Notes: generated by a model not told the origin, from the letters alone. Shown: positions 1 through 7,590, counted from the first letter of the stretch. The stretch: DNA of 32,000 nucleotides from Candidatus Babelota bacterium (GCA_039809905.1 JBDHVY010000001.1:690001-722000); one strand, 5' to 3'. Numbers and translations are program-made.

Positions 1-881
1 ATTGCTTTATCTTGTAAATCATGTGCAATAGCTTCAAGATCAATTGAATTGTTAATTTTTTCTTGTACAAATTTAACTGCTTGTATGCTTGTCATTATAT
101 CCCATAATCCATCAGAAGCAATAATTAAAAAATGATTATCGTTTGTTAATGTTATTTCAGCATATTCTGGGGTAGCAATAATTTGATCTTTGTGTTCATT
201 ATCTTTAAGAGTTCTATCTCCAATTGATCGTGATATCGCCAATCCATTTACGCGCCACACGCCATATTTTTCTATGTTGCCACCAGCAAGACGAATTCTA
301 TTTAATTCATCTTTTCTATCAGGTTTATGATCCTTTGTTGTAAAAGCGACAGTGCCATTTTTTTCAAGCACTGCGCGTGAATCACCTACCCATGCCAAAT
401 GCAAAACATTGTTTTTATCAATATAGGCCGCAACAGCAGTTGATCCATCATCAAAATTTTTTAAAGCATGGTTTTCTGCTTTTAAAAATGCAAGGTCGAA
501 TGCAGCTTGAATGTTGGTTGCAGTAGGTATGTATTCAGTGAAATATTCATGCAAATTTTTTTGTAAATGAGAAGATGTTTTATCTCCACCATGTCCATCA
601 TAAATGGCAAAAAACTCCCCTATATCTTCGTTCCTACTACTTTTGATTAATGCATGAGCAAATCGATCTTCTTGATAAGGGCGTTTGTTTTGTGCAGTAA
701 CTAAGCCGTATTTTATTTTTATCGTATCTTCATTTGGCGTTGATACGATATTTTTCTTTTGCGTTAGCGTTTGTTCTGTTTTTGGTATTATTGCTGGCTT
801 TGACTTTTGTCCTCTTTTTGCAGATACAGAACTTGTAAGAGCAAGTATTACCAGTAAAAAGATATTTTTTGTTTGTTTCAT
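1..881 (-). CDS. PP2C-family serine/threonine protein phosphatase with N-terminal signal peptide (truncated at window edge)
   Basis: Read by hand on the minus strand from ATG at 881: MKQTKNIFLLVILALTSSVSAKRG... then YDGHGGD, WVGDSRAVL, ASDGLWD, all characteristic PP2C metal-binding motifs; no stop before position 1. Confidence 0.9.
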   Translation of the reverse strand, partial: MKQTKNIFLLVILALTSSVSAKRGQKSKPAIIPKTEQTLTQKKNIVSTPNEDTIKIKYGLVTAQNKRPYQEDRFAHALIKSSRNEDIGEFFAIYDGHGGDKTSSHLQKNLHEYFTEYIPTATNIQAAFDLAFLKAENHALKNFDDGSTAVAAYIDKNNVLHLAWVGDSRAVLEKNGTVAFTTKDHKPDRKDELNRIRLAGGNIEKYGVWRVNGLAISRSIGDRTLKDNEHKDQIIATPEYAEITLTNDNHFLIIASDGLWDIMTSIQAVKFVQEKINNSIDLEAIAHDLQDKA

Positions 882-940
882 AGCTTCCTTTTTAAGGCAT
901 TATATTTTTTATGAATATAAAAAGTAAAGCATATCAGTTT

Positions 941-1375
941 CTAGTCAATTCGAGAGGAATACCACCATGCGCCAACTAAGAGAGTAGATGCAGCAAAAGC
1001 GTGATAACTATATTGACGCATGGGATGCATGACCTGAATTTGAGATGAACCAGAACAAGAAAATTGATCTGTATTGATTGTAGGTTTATAGGTTGTGTAG
1101 AATATAAGGCGTAAGCTGCCTGATGAGTGACCTTTTATATTGATGTTTTGTACTGATGAAGGTATGCGAATTTCACACATAGCAGAACCACTTAGTGCGG
1201 TAGATATTTCTATTTCATCTATATCTTTGTCTATATCATATTTTTCATAAAAAGAGCCAGAGCCGTTGAATGTGAGCTGCTTTTTTTTTGCTTGTTTTCC
1301 GCCATCTGCAGCATACATTAATGATGTAGTGAATAGTATCGGTAATAATGCCGAAATCAATGTTGTTTTTTTCAT
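941..1375 (-). CDS. small secreted hypothetical protein
   Basis: ORF 941..1414; the likely start is the internal Met (MKKTTLISALLPILFTTSLMYAADG), which gives a clean signal peptide. Confidence 0.6.
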   Translation of the reverse strand: MKKTTLISALLPILFTTSLMYAADGGKQAKKKQLTFNGSGSFYEKYDIDKDIDEIEISTALSGSAMCEIRIPSSVQNINIKGHSSGSLRLIFYTTYKPTINTDQFSCSGSSQIQVMHPMRQYSYHAFAASTLLVGAWWYSSRID

Positions 1376-1404
1376 TTTATAATTTCTCATGTTTATGTTA
1401 TTTA

Positions 1405-1956
1405 TTATGGCCAATATTCAAAGAATAAATATCCATTTTCATCAAACATTTCTTTAAAATCAAGTTCTCTATAAATTTTTTGTGCTGGAAGATTTGCAAC
1501 ACGTGTCCACAGTGCAATATGCGTTGCTCCTATTGCAAATAATTCTTTCATAGCTCGTAGTGCTAAAATTTTGCCATATCCACGGCCTCTAAATGCTTCA
1601 TCAACAGCTAAGAATAGAAGGCGTCCTTGTGTGCGATTTTCCATAAAGTAAGCAGCAAATCCAGCAACTTTATCTTGTTCACGTAATACTTTAATATGAA
1701 GTGATCCAAAATGTGCAGGATTTGCATCATACGTGCGATGTTTAATCATAAAAGACGGAGATGATTCTGTGCTTGCAAGTAACCAATACCAATTTTTGTT
1801 AAAAATATCCATTATTCCATCAGTATCTCGAGAGGGATTAAAATCATAGATATTATCTTGTGGCAGAGCATTATGATAACGATATACAGCAATGCCGCTG
1901 CACGCAGCAATTAAAATAGTTAAGAATAAAATTATTTTTTTTGTACGAGATAACAT
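1405..1956 (-). CDS. GNAT-family N-acetyltransferase with lipoprotein-like signal (..LTILIAACSG)
   Basis: Motif RGRGYGKILALRAMKELF (acetyl-CoA binding loop) and ARKIYRELDFKE-like C-terminal segment (AQKIYRELDFKEMF); hydrophobic N-terminus ending in a lipobox-like IAAC. Confidence 0.8.
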   Translation of the reverse strand: MLSRTKKIILFLTILIAACSGIAVYRYHNALPQDNIYDFNPSRDTDGIMDIFNKNWYWLLASTESSPSFMIKHRTYDANPAHFGSLHIKVLREQDKVAGFAAYFMENRTQGRLLFLAVDEAFRGRGYGKILALRAMKELFAIGATHIALWTRVANLPAQKIYRELDFKEMFDENGYLFFEYWP

Positions 1957-1973
1957 TAGATTCCTTATTTTAA

Positions 1974-2007
1974 CCCCATATTACATTTCATTTTTCATGG
2001 GGACCCC
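1974..2007 (-). promoter_or_regulatory. recurrent G/C-tract element, copy A
   Basis: Plus strand CCCC-ATATTACATTTCATTTTTCAT-GGGGACCCC; minus strand TCTTATAAC-GGGGTCCCCA...TGGGG-TTAAAAT, 17 nt before the GNAT start codon. Confidence 0.55.
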
Positions 2008-2059
2008 GTTATAAGAGGTTCTTTAAGAGTTTCAAGCTAATTTTATGTATAGCATAAAG

Positions 2060-2803
2060 TTATTTATATATAATTTTGTACAGCATCAATCCTTGTGCTG
2101 GTGCATTGGGCAAAGTATGTGCGGGATTACACGCATCCATTGTTTTGCGTAACAATGTTAATGGATCGGAGTTTTTTGTCGCAAGAAATAAACTTGCGCC
2201 AACAATACGCCGAATCATATGTCGTAAAAATTTTTGCCCTTTCACCGTGATGCGATACGCTTTATACCGTGACAAATATTCAAGTGTAATACTATCAATG
2301 GTGCGAATAGTGTTTTCGCGTGTATCCTCACTGCTTCTAAAAGATGCAAAATCATGCGTTCCAACAAAAAAGCTCAATGCTTGTTTGAGTATATCAAAAT
2401 TTAATTTGTAGGGATAAAAATAGCCATAGCGTTGCGTAAATGGCAAAGGTCGCTCGGTAAAAAAATGGTAGTGATATATTTTTTGTTCAACATTGCAAAA
2501 GGGGTTGAAAGAATCCCCAGCTATTTCCAAAGAACGAATAATAATATCTGTCGGCAGAGCATTATTCCAAGCCCATTTGAGTTTGTCGGCAGATATTGCA
2601 AGATCGGTTTGTATTCGTGCAACTTGCCCTAAAGCATGAACTCCTGCATCAGTGCGTGATGCACCCAGTACTTTCATTTCATGCTTAAATACGATTTTAA
2701 AAGCATGGTTAAGAGCTGCGGCAATAGAAGGTTTATGATTTTGTGCTTGCCAGCCAGAGTAATCAGATCCATCATACGCTATGATCAATTTATACATCTT
2801 CAT
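2060..2803 (-). CDS. truA: tRNA pseudouridine(38-40) synthase TruA
   Basis: YDGSDYSGWQ, catalytic GASRTDAGVHALGQ, KFLRHMIRRIVG. Confidence 0.96.
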   Translation of the reverse strand: MKMYKLIIAYDGSDYSGWQAQNHKPSIAAALNHAFKIVFKHEMKVLGASRTDAGVHALGQVARIQTDLAISADKLKWAWNNALPTDIIIRSLEIAGDSFNPFCNVEQKIYHYHFFTERPLPFTQRYGYFYPYKLNFDILKQALSFFVGTHDFASFRSSEDTRENTIRTIDSITLEYLSRYKAYRITVKGQKFLRHMIRRIVGASLFLATKNSDPLTLLRKTMDACNPAHTLPNAPAQGLMLYKIIYK

Positions 2804-2835
2804 ATTCTCAGAATAGCATAAAAAATTTTTTTATT

Positions 2836-2867
2836 AAAAAAGCCCTGATGTTTCAGGGCTTTTTTTG
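2836..2867 (-). terminator. intrinsic (possibly bidirectional) terminator AAAAAAGCCCTGAtgttTCAGGGCTTTTTTT
   Basis: 8-bp perfect stem with flanking A-run/T-run, between truA and the 2906-3448 gene. Confidence 0.85.
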
Positions 2868-2905
2868 TGTGAATATTTAACTGTTAGCTACTCTATTATG
2901 CAAAA

Positions 2906-3448
2906 CTATTTTTTTCTAAACATTTCTGAAGCTTTGTTGAGCAAAGCATCATCATGTTGAGCTATCAACTGAGTTGCTTTTCTATACAACAATACAGCGA
3001 TTGCTGATACTTCAATTCCTGCAACGAATGCGTAGATATTTTGCTCTTTTCTTTTATTTTCTGCTAATTTATTTTCATAATTTTTGTTTTCTGCAGCCCA
3101 TTCTTGGTCACGTTTTTCAGCCGCAGCTTTTTCTTCTGCTTGAGCAGCTAATTCGTCGACCATTTTTTGTGTTAATGCAGCTATTTTTGCATCCATAGTT
3201 GCATCGGAATTGATTATTCTTGCAATAGTGATAATCACTGTATCATTAGTATCATAAATGCTGTTGATAGAATTAATTTTGTTTTCTAACCATTGAGCAA
3301 CTTTTTGTGCTTCAGTACCTAATTTTTGTGCAAAATCTAAGATCTGTGTGATTTCTGTTTTCAAAACAGCGCCATTGTATGCTTGTGCTACAGGTTGCAT
3401 GCTGAGACCAAAAAGAGCTGTCAGCAACAATTTTTTTGAAATATTCAT
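2906..3448 (-). CDS. secreted/membrane protein, member 1 of the 'AQWL' tandem paralog family
   Basis: Signal peptide MNISKKLLLTALFGLSMQPVAQA; shared core KVAQWLENKINS...IITIARIINSDATMDAKIAALTQKM; C-terminal hydrophobic segment. ORF track start is 3460; the internal Met is more likely. Confidence 0.75.
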   Translation of the reverse strand: MNISKKLLLTALFGLSMQPVAQAYNGAVLKTEITQILDFAQKLGTEAQKVAQWLENKINSINSIYDTNDTVIITIARIINSDATMDAKIAALTQKMVDELAAQAEEKAAAEKRDQEWAAENKNYENKLAENKRKEQNIYAFVAGIEVSAIAVLLYRKATQLIAQHDDALLNKASEMFRKK

Positions 3449-3489
3449 AAAAACCTCCATTTAACAATAATATACATTTACTTAGTTAT

Positions 3490-3518
3490 AAATTATCATT
3501 TTAAATTCAATCTGTAAA
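3490..3518 (-). promoter_or_regulatory. sigma70-like promoter TTTACA-N17-TAATTT
   Basis: Minus strand TTTACA GATTGAATTTAAAATGA TAATTT; nearly identical sequence precedes two other paralogs. Confidence 0.6.
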
Positions 3519-3546
3519 ATGGCTTAGTGATATGCTGATTGGATCG

Positions 3547-3595
3547 ATATTCACATAAAAAAGCCCTGAATTTCAGGGCTTTTTTATGTGAATAT
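3547..3595. terminator. terminator within a 49-nt palindrome (24-bp arms, 1-nt centre)
   Basis: ATATTCACATAAAAAAGCCCTGAA t TTCAGGGCTTTTTTATGTGAATAT. Confidence 0.85.
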
Positions 3596-3614
3596 TTATG
3601 ATTGGTTTGCTCTA

Positions 3615-4139
3615 TTAGGCAAACCATCTTGTCTTAAAAATTTCTGACCATGTTGTCCGATTTAGAACTTGTTTGATTACAGCTGGATCGCGATGTTTTT
3701 CGGCCATACGCGCGATTATCCCAATGCAGCAAACGCCAGCAATAAATAGTGCAGCAGATCTATTGTTCTCAGCAATTTCTTGTTTTCCACATTCCTCAAC
3801 TGCTTTTTCAAAATCAGCTGCCTCTTGTATCATTTGTTTGCTAAGAAAGTCTATTTTTGTATCTATAGTTGTGTCGGCATTAATTATTCTTGCTGTAGTG
3901 ATAATGTTTATATCATTATCTCTATGGATGCTGTGACGAGAGGTAATTTTATCTTTTAACCATTGAGCAATTTTTTCTGCTTCAGGGCCATTTTGTTCGC
4001 ACTGATCAGCAAAATCTAAAACCTGTGTAACTTCTGCTTCTAGCTGAGCGACATTATATGCTTGTGCTATAGGCTGCATACCGAGACCAAAAAGAGCTAC
4101 TATCAATAAATTTTTTACCGTATTCATAAAAATCTCCAT
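3615..4139 (-). CDS. secreted/membrane protein, 'AQWL' family member 2
   Basis: Signal peptide MNTVKNLLIVALFGLGMQPIAQA; KIAQWLKDKITS...INIITTARIINADTTIDTKIDFLSKQM; TM segment; C-terminal TTWSEIFKTRWFA. Confidence 0.75.
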   Translation of the reverse strand: MEIFMNTVKNLLIVALFGLGMQPIAQAYNVAQLEAEVTQVLDFADQCEQNGPEAEKIAQWLKDKITSRHSIHRDNDINIITTARIINADTTIDTKIDFLSKQMIQEAADFEKAVEECGKQEIAENNRSAALFIAGVCCIGIIARMAEKHRDPAVIKQVLNRTTWSEIFKTRWFA

Positions 4140-4148
4140 TTTTTTGTA

Positions 4149-4643
4149 TTATGCAAACAATTTGTTTTTAAAGATATCTGACCATGGTGTCTTAGTTATA
4201 ATATGGTTGGTTAACCTATCATTGTAAAACTCGATCATATGGCTTATTGGTTTAATAAGGCAAACGCAAATAGTAAGAGCTATACCGGCGTTAACAAATC
4301 GCATTGTAGACTTAAAAGCTTCTCTTTGTGCTTGAGCAGCGAGATCTTTTGCCATTTGTTTGCTCAGAACGTCTATTTTTGTATCCATAGGTGTGTTAGC
4401 AGTAATTGTTCTTGCTATGGTGATAATCTCTATGTCTTGAGTAGGATAGTTGTCAGAGGTAGAATTAATTTTATCTTCTAGCCATTGAGCAACTTTTTGT
4501 GCTTCAGCATCTTTTTCTTTGCAAACAGCTGCAAAATCTAAAATTGATCCGACTTTTGTTTTTAGTGCAATTGCATCATATGCTTGTGCTTGCATGCTGA
4601 AACCAAAAAGAGCGGTCATCAACAATTTTCTTGAAATATTCAT
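4149..4643 (-). CDS. secreted/membrane protein, 'AQWL' family member 3
   Basis: MNISRKLLMTALFGFSMQAQA; KVAQWLEDKINS...IEIITIARTITANTPMDTKIDVLSKQM; C-terminal TPWSDIFKNKLFA matches member 2. Confidence 0.75.
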   Translation of the reverse strand: MNISRKLLMTALFGFSMQAQAYDAIALKTKVGSILDFAAVCKEKDAEAQKVAQWLEDKINSTSDNYPTQDIEIITIARTITANTPMDTKIDVLSKQMAKDLAAQAQREAFKSTMRFVNAGIALTICVCLIKPISHMIEFYNDRLTNHIITKTPWSDIFKNKLFA

Positions 4644-4683
4644 AAAAAACTCCTGTTTTTAAACAATATATTTACTTAATTAT

Positions 4684-4712
4684 AGCTTATCATTTTAAAT
4701 TCAGTTTGTAAA
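4684..4712 (-). promoter_or_regulatory. sigma70-like promoter TTTACA-N17-TAAGCT, paralogous to 3490-3518
   Basis: Minus strand TTTACA AACTGAATTTAAAATGA TAAGCT ATA. Confidence 0.55.
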
Positions 4713-4799
4713 TTGGTATGGCAATCAATTGATTGGATCGATATAACTAAAAAAAGCCCTGAATTTCAGCCTTTTAATGCTGTGTTTCTCGAGCTAGGG

Positions 4800-5300
4800 T
4801 TATACACTATGGAAAGTGCTTGTACTTGTTGTTCGGCCAAATAAGCTTTTTGTTATGACTATTGTTCTTGGTTGGTGCGCTAATTGATTCATTTTAAAGA
4901 TGAAAGTGAGAGCTCCAGCAATTATTCCTGCAATCAAAGTGCCAACTGCAATACCCTCAATTATTCCATTTTTTTTATCAGTTGCTTCTTTTTGCATTGT
5001 TTCATAAAAGATAGTGATTTTGGATTCAGTTGTTAGTTCAGAATTGTTTATAATGTTCGTTATAGTAATAATTTCACTATCTTGTACGTTATATTTGCTC
5101 ATAACTTTTTCATTAAGCCATTGTGCAACGTCATGTGCAACGCTATTAATTTTAAAGTTATTGATTTGGCGTATTTTTTGAGAAAATTCTACAATATTTT
5201 CTGTCTTATCAGCGAGTTTATCGACATCATAAGCTTGAGTAACAAGTTGTGCTCCAAAAGCAAAAATGATCATGAGTGACAATTTTCTTGAAGTATTCAT
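4800..5300 (-). CDS. secreted/membrane protein, 'AQWL' family member 4
   Basis: Signal peptide MNTSRKLSLMIIFAFGAQLVTQA; DVAQWLNEKVMSKYNVQDSEIITITNIINNSELTTESKITIFYETM; TM helix; C-terminal SLFGRTTSTS. Confidence 0.75.
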   Translation of the reverse strand: MNTSRKLSLMIIFAFGAQLVTQAYDVDKLADKTENIVEFSQKIRQINNFKINSVAHDVAQWLNEKVMSKYNVQDSEIITITNIINNSELTTESKITIFYETMQKEATDKKNGIIEGIAVGTLIAGIIAGALTFIFKMNQLAHQPRTIVITKSLFGRTTSTSTFHSV

Positions 5301-5341
5301 AAAAATCTCCGTTTAATGGTGATATATATTTATCTATTTAA

Positions 5342-5370
5342 AGATTATCACTTTAAATTCAGTTTGTAAA
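5342..5370 (-). promoter_or_regulatory. sigma70-like promoter TTTACA-N17-TAATCT, paralogous to the other two
   Basis: Minus strand TTTACA AACTGAATTTAAAGTGA TAATCT. Confidence 0.6.
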
Positions 5371-5407
5371 CCGATATGGCGATATGCCCATTGGATCGAT
5401 ATAATTA

Positions 5408-5436
5408 AAAAAAGCCCTGGGTTTCAGGGCTTTTAA
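5408..5436 (-). terminator. terminator of the AGCCCTG..CAGGGCT family
   Basis: aaaaaaAGCCCTGggttTCAGGGCTttta directly after the stop of the 5462 gene. Confidence 0.7.
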
Positions 5437-5461
5437 TAAGATATTTGCGGAGTTAACGTGC

Positions 5462-5899
5462 TTATTCAAGTATTAATAGGGCTTGTTTTGGATAGCCTAT
5501 TTGCGTTGCATTGATGTTTGCAGGAACAAAGCGTGTTTTTTTCCAGCTTTTATAAACAGTGTGCTTAAATGCCTTATAAAGTTGGCGGGCGGTTCTATAT
5601 GTTGTTTTATCACCATCTTTTAAGCTTACAGCTGCATATTTAAGTTGTTTTACAATAGCTTTAAGAGCAGCTCTTTGTAATGGATATAATAAATCTGTAT
5701 AGCTATCTTTCCAATAAAGGCCACCTTCTTTATTAATCTTATTTTCCAATTCTTGGGCTGTGTTATCAAGGGCATTTTGTGCCTGCACTAGGAATGGATT
5801 AAGTAAGCTTGGATCAAATCCTTCCATAGAAACTGCGCTCATAAAAGTTGCCATAGATGCTAACATGCTAGCTAATAATATTTTTTTTAAAATAGTCAT
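5462..5899 (-). CDS. small secreted hypothetical protein within the array
   Basis: Signal peptide MTILKKILLASMLASMATFMSA; lacks the AQWL core. Confidence 0.7.
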   Translation of the reverse strand: MTILKKILLASMLASMATFMSAVSMEGFDPSLLNPFLVQAQNALDNTAQELENKINKEGGLYWKDSYTDLLYPLQRAALKAIVKQLKYAAVSLKDGDKTTYRTARQLYKAFKHTVYKSWKKTRFVPANINATQIGYPKQALLILE

Positions 5900-5935
5900 A
5901 ATAATCCTTATAGTTATTGTAATATTAAAGTGAAC

Positions 5936-6424
5936 TTATGCAAAAAATTGTATGCTGGTAGATGTTGTTCGATTAAATATTTCTCGACCAAATAAACTGA
6001 TTGATTTAGTTACTGTTCGTGCACGATGAGTGTTTTTATAAAGTAAAGTTAAACCTCCGGTTAATAATGTTATGAACAAAGCACTACCTGCAATACTGGC
6101 GATTGCTTCATTCTTTTTATCAATAGCTTCTTTTTCCATTGTTTGAGAAAAAATGGTTATTTTTGATTCAGTTGTTAATTCAGAATTGTTTATGATGTTC
6201 GCTATAGTAATTTCATCGTTGCTTACATAATTATTACTCATGACCTTTGCATTAAGCCATTGTGCAATAATATCAGCTTTAGCGATATTGCATCCATGCA
6301 AACCTTGAGTAAAATTGACGATTGTTGTTTTATGAGCAAATTCATTGATATTATTAGCTTGAGTAACAAACTGTACACCAAAAACTAAAGTAATCATGAG
6401 TGATAGTTTTTTGGAAATAGTCAT
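5936..6424 (-). CDS. secreted/membrane protein, 'AQWL' family member 5
   Basis: ORF 5936..6445; likely start at MTISKKLSLMITLVFGVQFVTQA; IIAQWLNAKVMSNNYVSNDEITIANIINNSELTTESKITIFSQTMEKEA is nearly identical to member 4. Confidence 0.75.
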   Translation of the reverse strand: MTISKKLSLMITLVFGVQFVTQANNINEFAHKTTIVNFTQGLHGCNIAKADIIAQWLNAKVMSNNYVSNDEITIANIINNSELTTESKITIFSQTMEKEAIDKKNEAIASIAGSALFITLLTGGLTLLYKNTHRARTVTKSISLFGREIFNRTTSTSIQFFA

Positions 6425-6454
6425 CATTAAATCTCCTAATATCATTATTATATT

Positions 6455-6967
6455 TTACTTTGCTTTCGAAATAAGACATGCGAATGCTAAGAAAGTTGCA
6501 GCAGCACCAGCATCTCTTATTGCGTTGTACCAAAATTGTCTATCTACGACACGTTTTGCTTCACTAAGTTCATTTTCTTTTTGTTGAGCTTCATCTTTTC
6601 GTTGTTGAGCGTATCGTTGATCGTACTTATCTGATTGTGCTTTATTTTCGGCTTCTGCTTTTTCAGTAGATTCTTTATCTTTTAAAATATAATGTATTTT
6701 TTCTTCAAGTGTGATTTTGGCATCAAGTATCATTATTATCTTATCAAAAATATAGTATTGATACATGCCCGAACGGAATAAGTGGTTCTCTAACCATTGT
6801 TGAGCAATTTGAGCGTCAGCACTATTTTGCTGACGTAAGCTTAATGCGAAATTAAAAACGCGTTGTTTCTTTGCTTGCTCATGATCATAATACTCGTTTG
6901 CCTTCATATTTGCTTGTGAGCCAATAATCAGCGCTGTAATTAAAAACAGCTTTTTTGAAATAGTCAT
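6455..6967 (-). CDS. secreted/membrane protein, divergent 'AQWL' family member 6
   Basis: MTISKKLFLITALIIGSQANMKA; DAQIAQQWLENHLFRS...FDKIIMILDAKITLEEKIHYILK; C-terminal TM. Confidence 0.7.
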   Translation of the reverse strand: MTISKKLFLITALIIGSQANMKANEYYDHEQAKKQRVFNFALSLRQQNSADAQIAQQWLENHLFRSGMYQYYIFDKIIMILDAKITLEEKIHYILKDKESTEKAEAENKAQSDKYDQRYAQQRKDEAQQKENELSEAKRVVDRQFWYNAIRDAGAAATFLAFACLISKAK

Positions 6968-6982
6968 ATTAAAAACTCCTTA

Positions 6983-7291
6983 TTATTTTTTGGTAAAATT
7001 ATGAATTTTATCAAAAGCATTAAAAATGGAATAAGATCCTGCCAAGATAGCTATCGAAGCTGGAGTCTTAAGGAAATAGCGTGCTATGCGCGGATGGTAT
7101 TGTGCAGCATTACGACCTTTTAAATAAAGAGAGACTCCACTACCAGTAAATATTATACCCCAAGGTAACTCTGGATCTTTTGCAACAGGATTGATTTCGT
7201 TAAGTTTATTGATAATAGGATTGCTATCTGATGCTAGCAAACTTGCTGCCGACAAAAAAATAGCAAATAGTAACACTTTTGAAGCTTTCAT
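6983..7291 (-). CDS. small secreted/membrane hypothetical protein
   Basis: MKASKVLLFAIFLSAASLLASDSNP signal peptide, C-terminal hydrophobic stretch. Confidence 0.65.
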   Translation of the reverse strand: MKASKVLLFAIFLSAASLLASDSNPIINKLNEINPVAKDPELPWGIIFTGSGVSLYLKGRNAAQYHPRIARYFLKTPASIAILAGSYSIFNAFDKIHNFTKK

Positions 7292-7390
7292 TGTATTAAC
7301 CTCTTATTATTAAACAATATAATATTATTAATAAAGTTACCAAATGAAATTAAATTGGTCAAATGGGCTATAAACAGGGTGTTTTGACGC

Positions 7391-7424
7391 AAAAAAGGGC
7401 GATTTTTAGCGCAATTATCGCCAT
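7391..7424 (-). terminator. putative minus-strand terminator GGCGAT..ATCGCC followed by CTTTTTTG
   Basis: Minus strand GGCGATaattgcgctaaaaATCGCCCTTTTTTG. Confidence 0.5.
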
Positions 7425-7527
7425 TGCTCTAAATTGGGCACCCATTTTACAGGAATAAAGGTACAAAAAAAGGGTGATTCTTATGAATTACCCTAAAAGT
7501 GAAATGCGCTTAATCCTTCAATAAGTT

Positions 7528-7590
7528 CCGGCTTCGCTCCTCTTACGCCAAGGCTACAAAGGGCACGCAAGGCTTCGTCGGACACATCAG
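7528..7590. repeat. GC-rich intergenic segment, possible degenerate dispersed repeat
   Basis: ccggcttcgctcctcttacgccaaggctacaaagggcacgcaaggcttcgtcggacac; much more GC-rich than its surroundings, non-coding, with internal GGCTTCG/CCAAGG-type echoes. Confidence 0.3.

Noticed and set aside
685-927. Plus-strand ORF opposite the PP2C gene
   Set aside because: Lies antisense to the strongly supported minus-strand PP2C coding frame; no RBS or recognisable motif.
2498-2517. GGGGTTGAAAGAATCCCC hairpin
   Set aside because: Lies inside truA coding sequence and has 10-nt rather than 21-nt spacing, so it does not belong to the intergenic element family.
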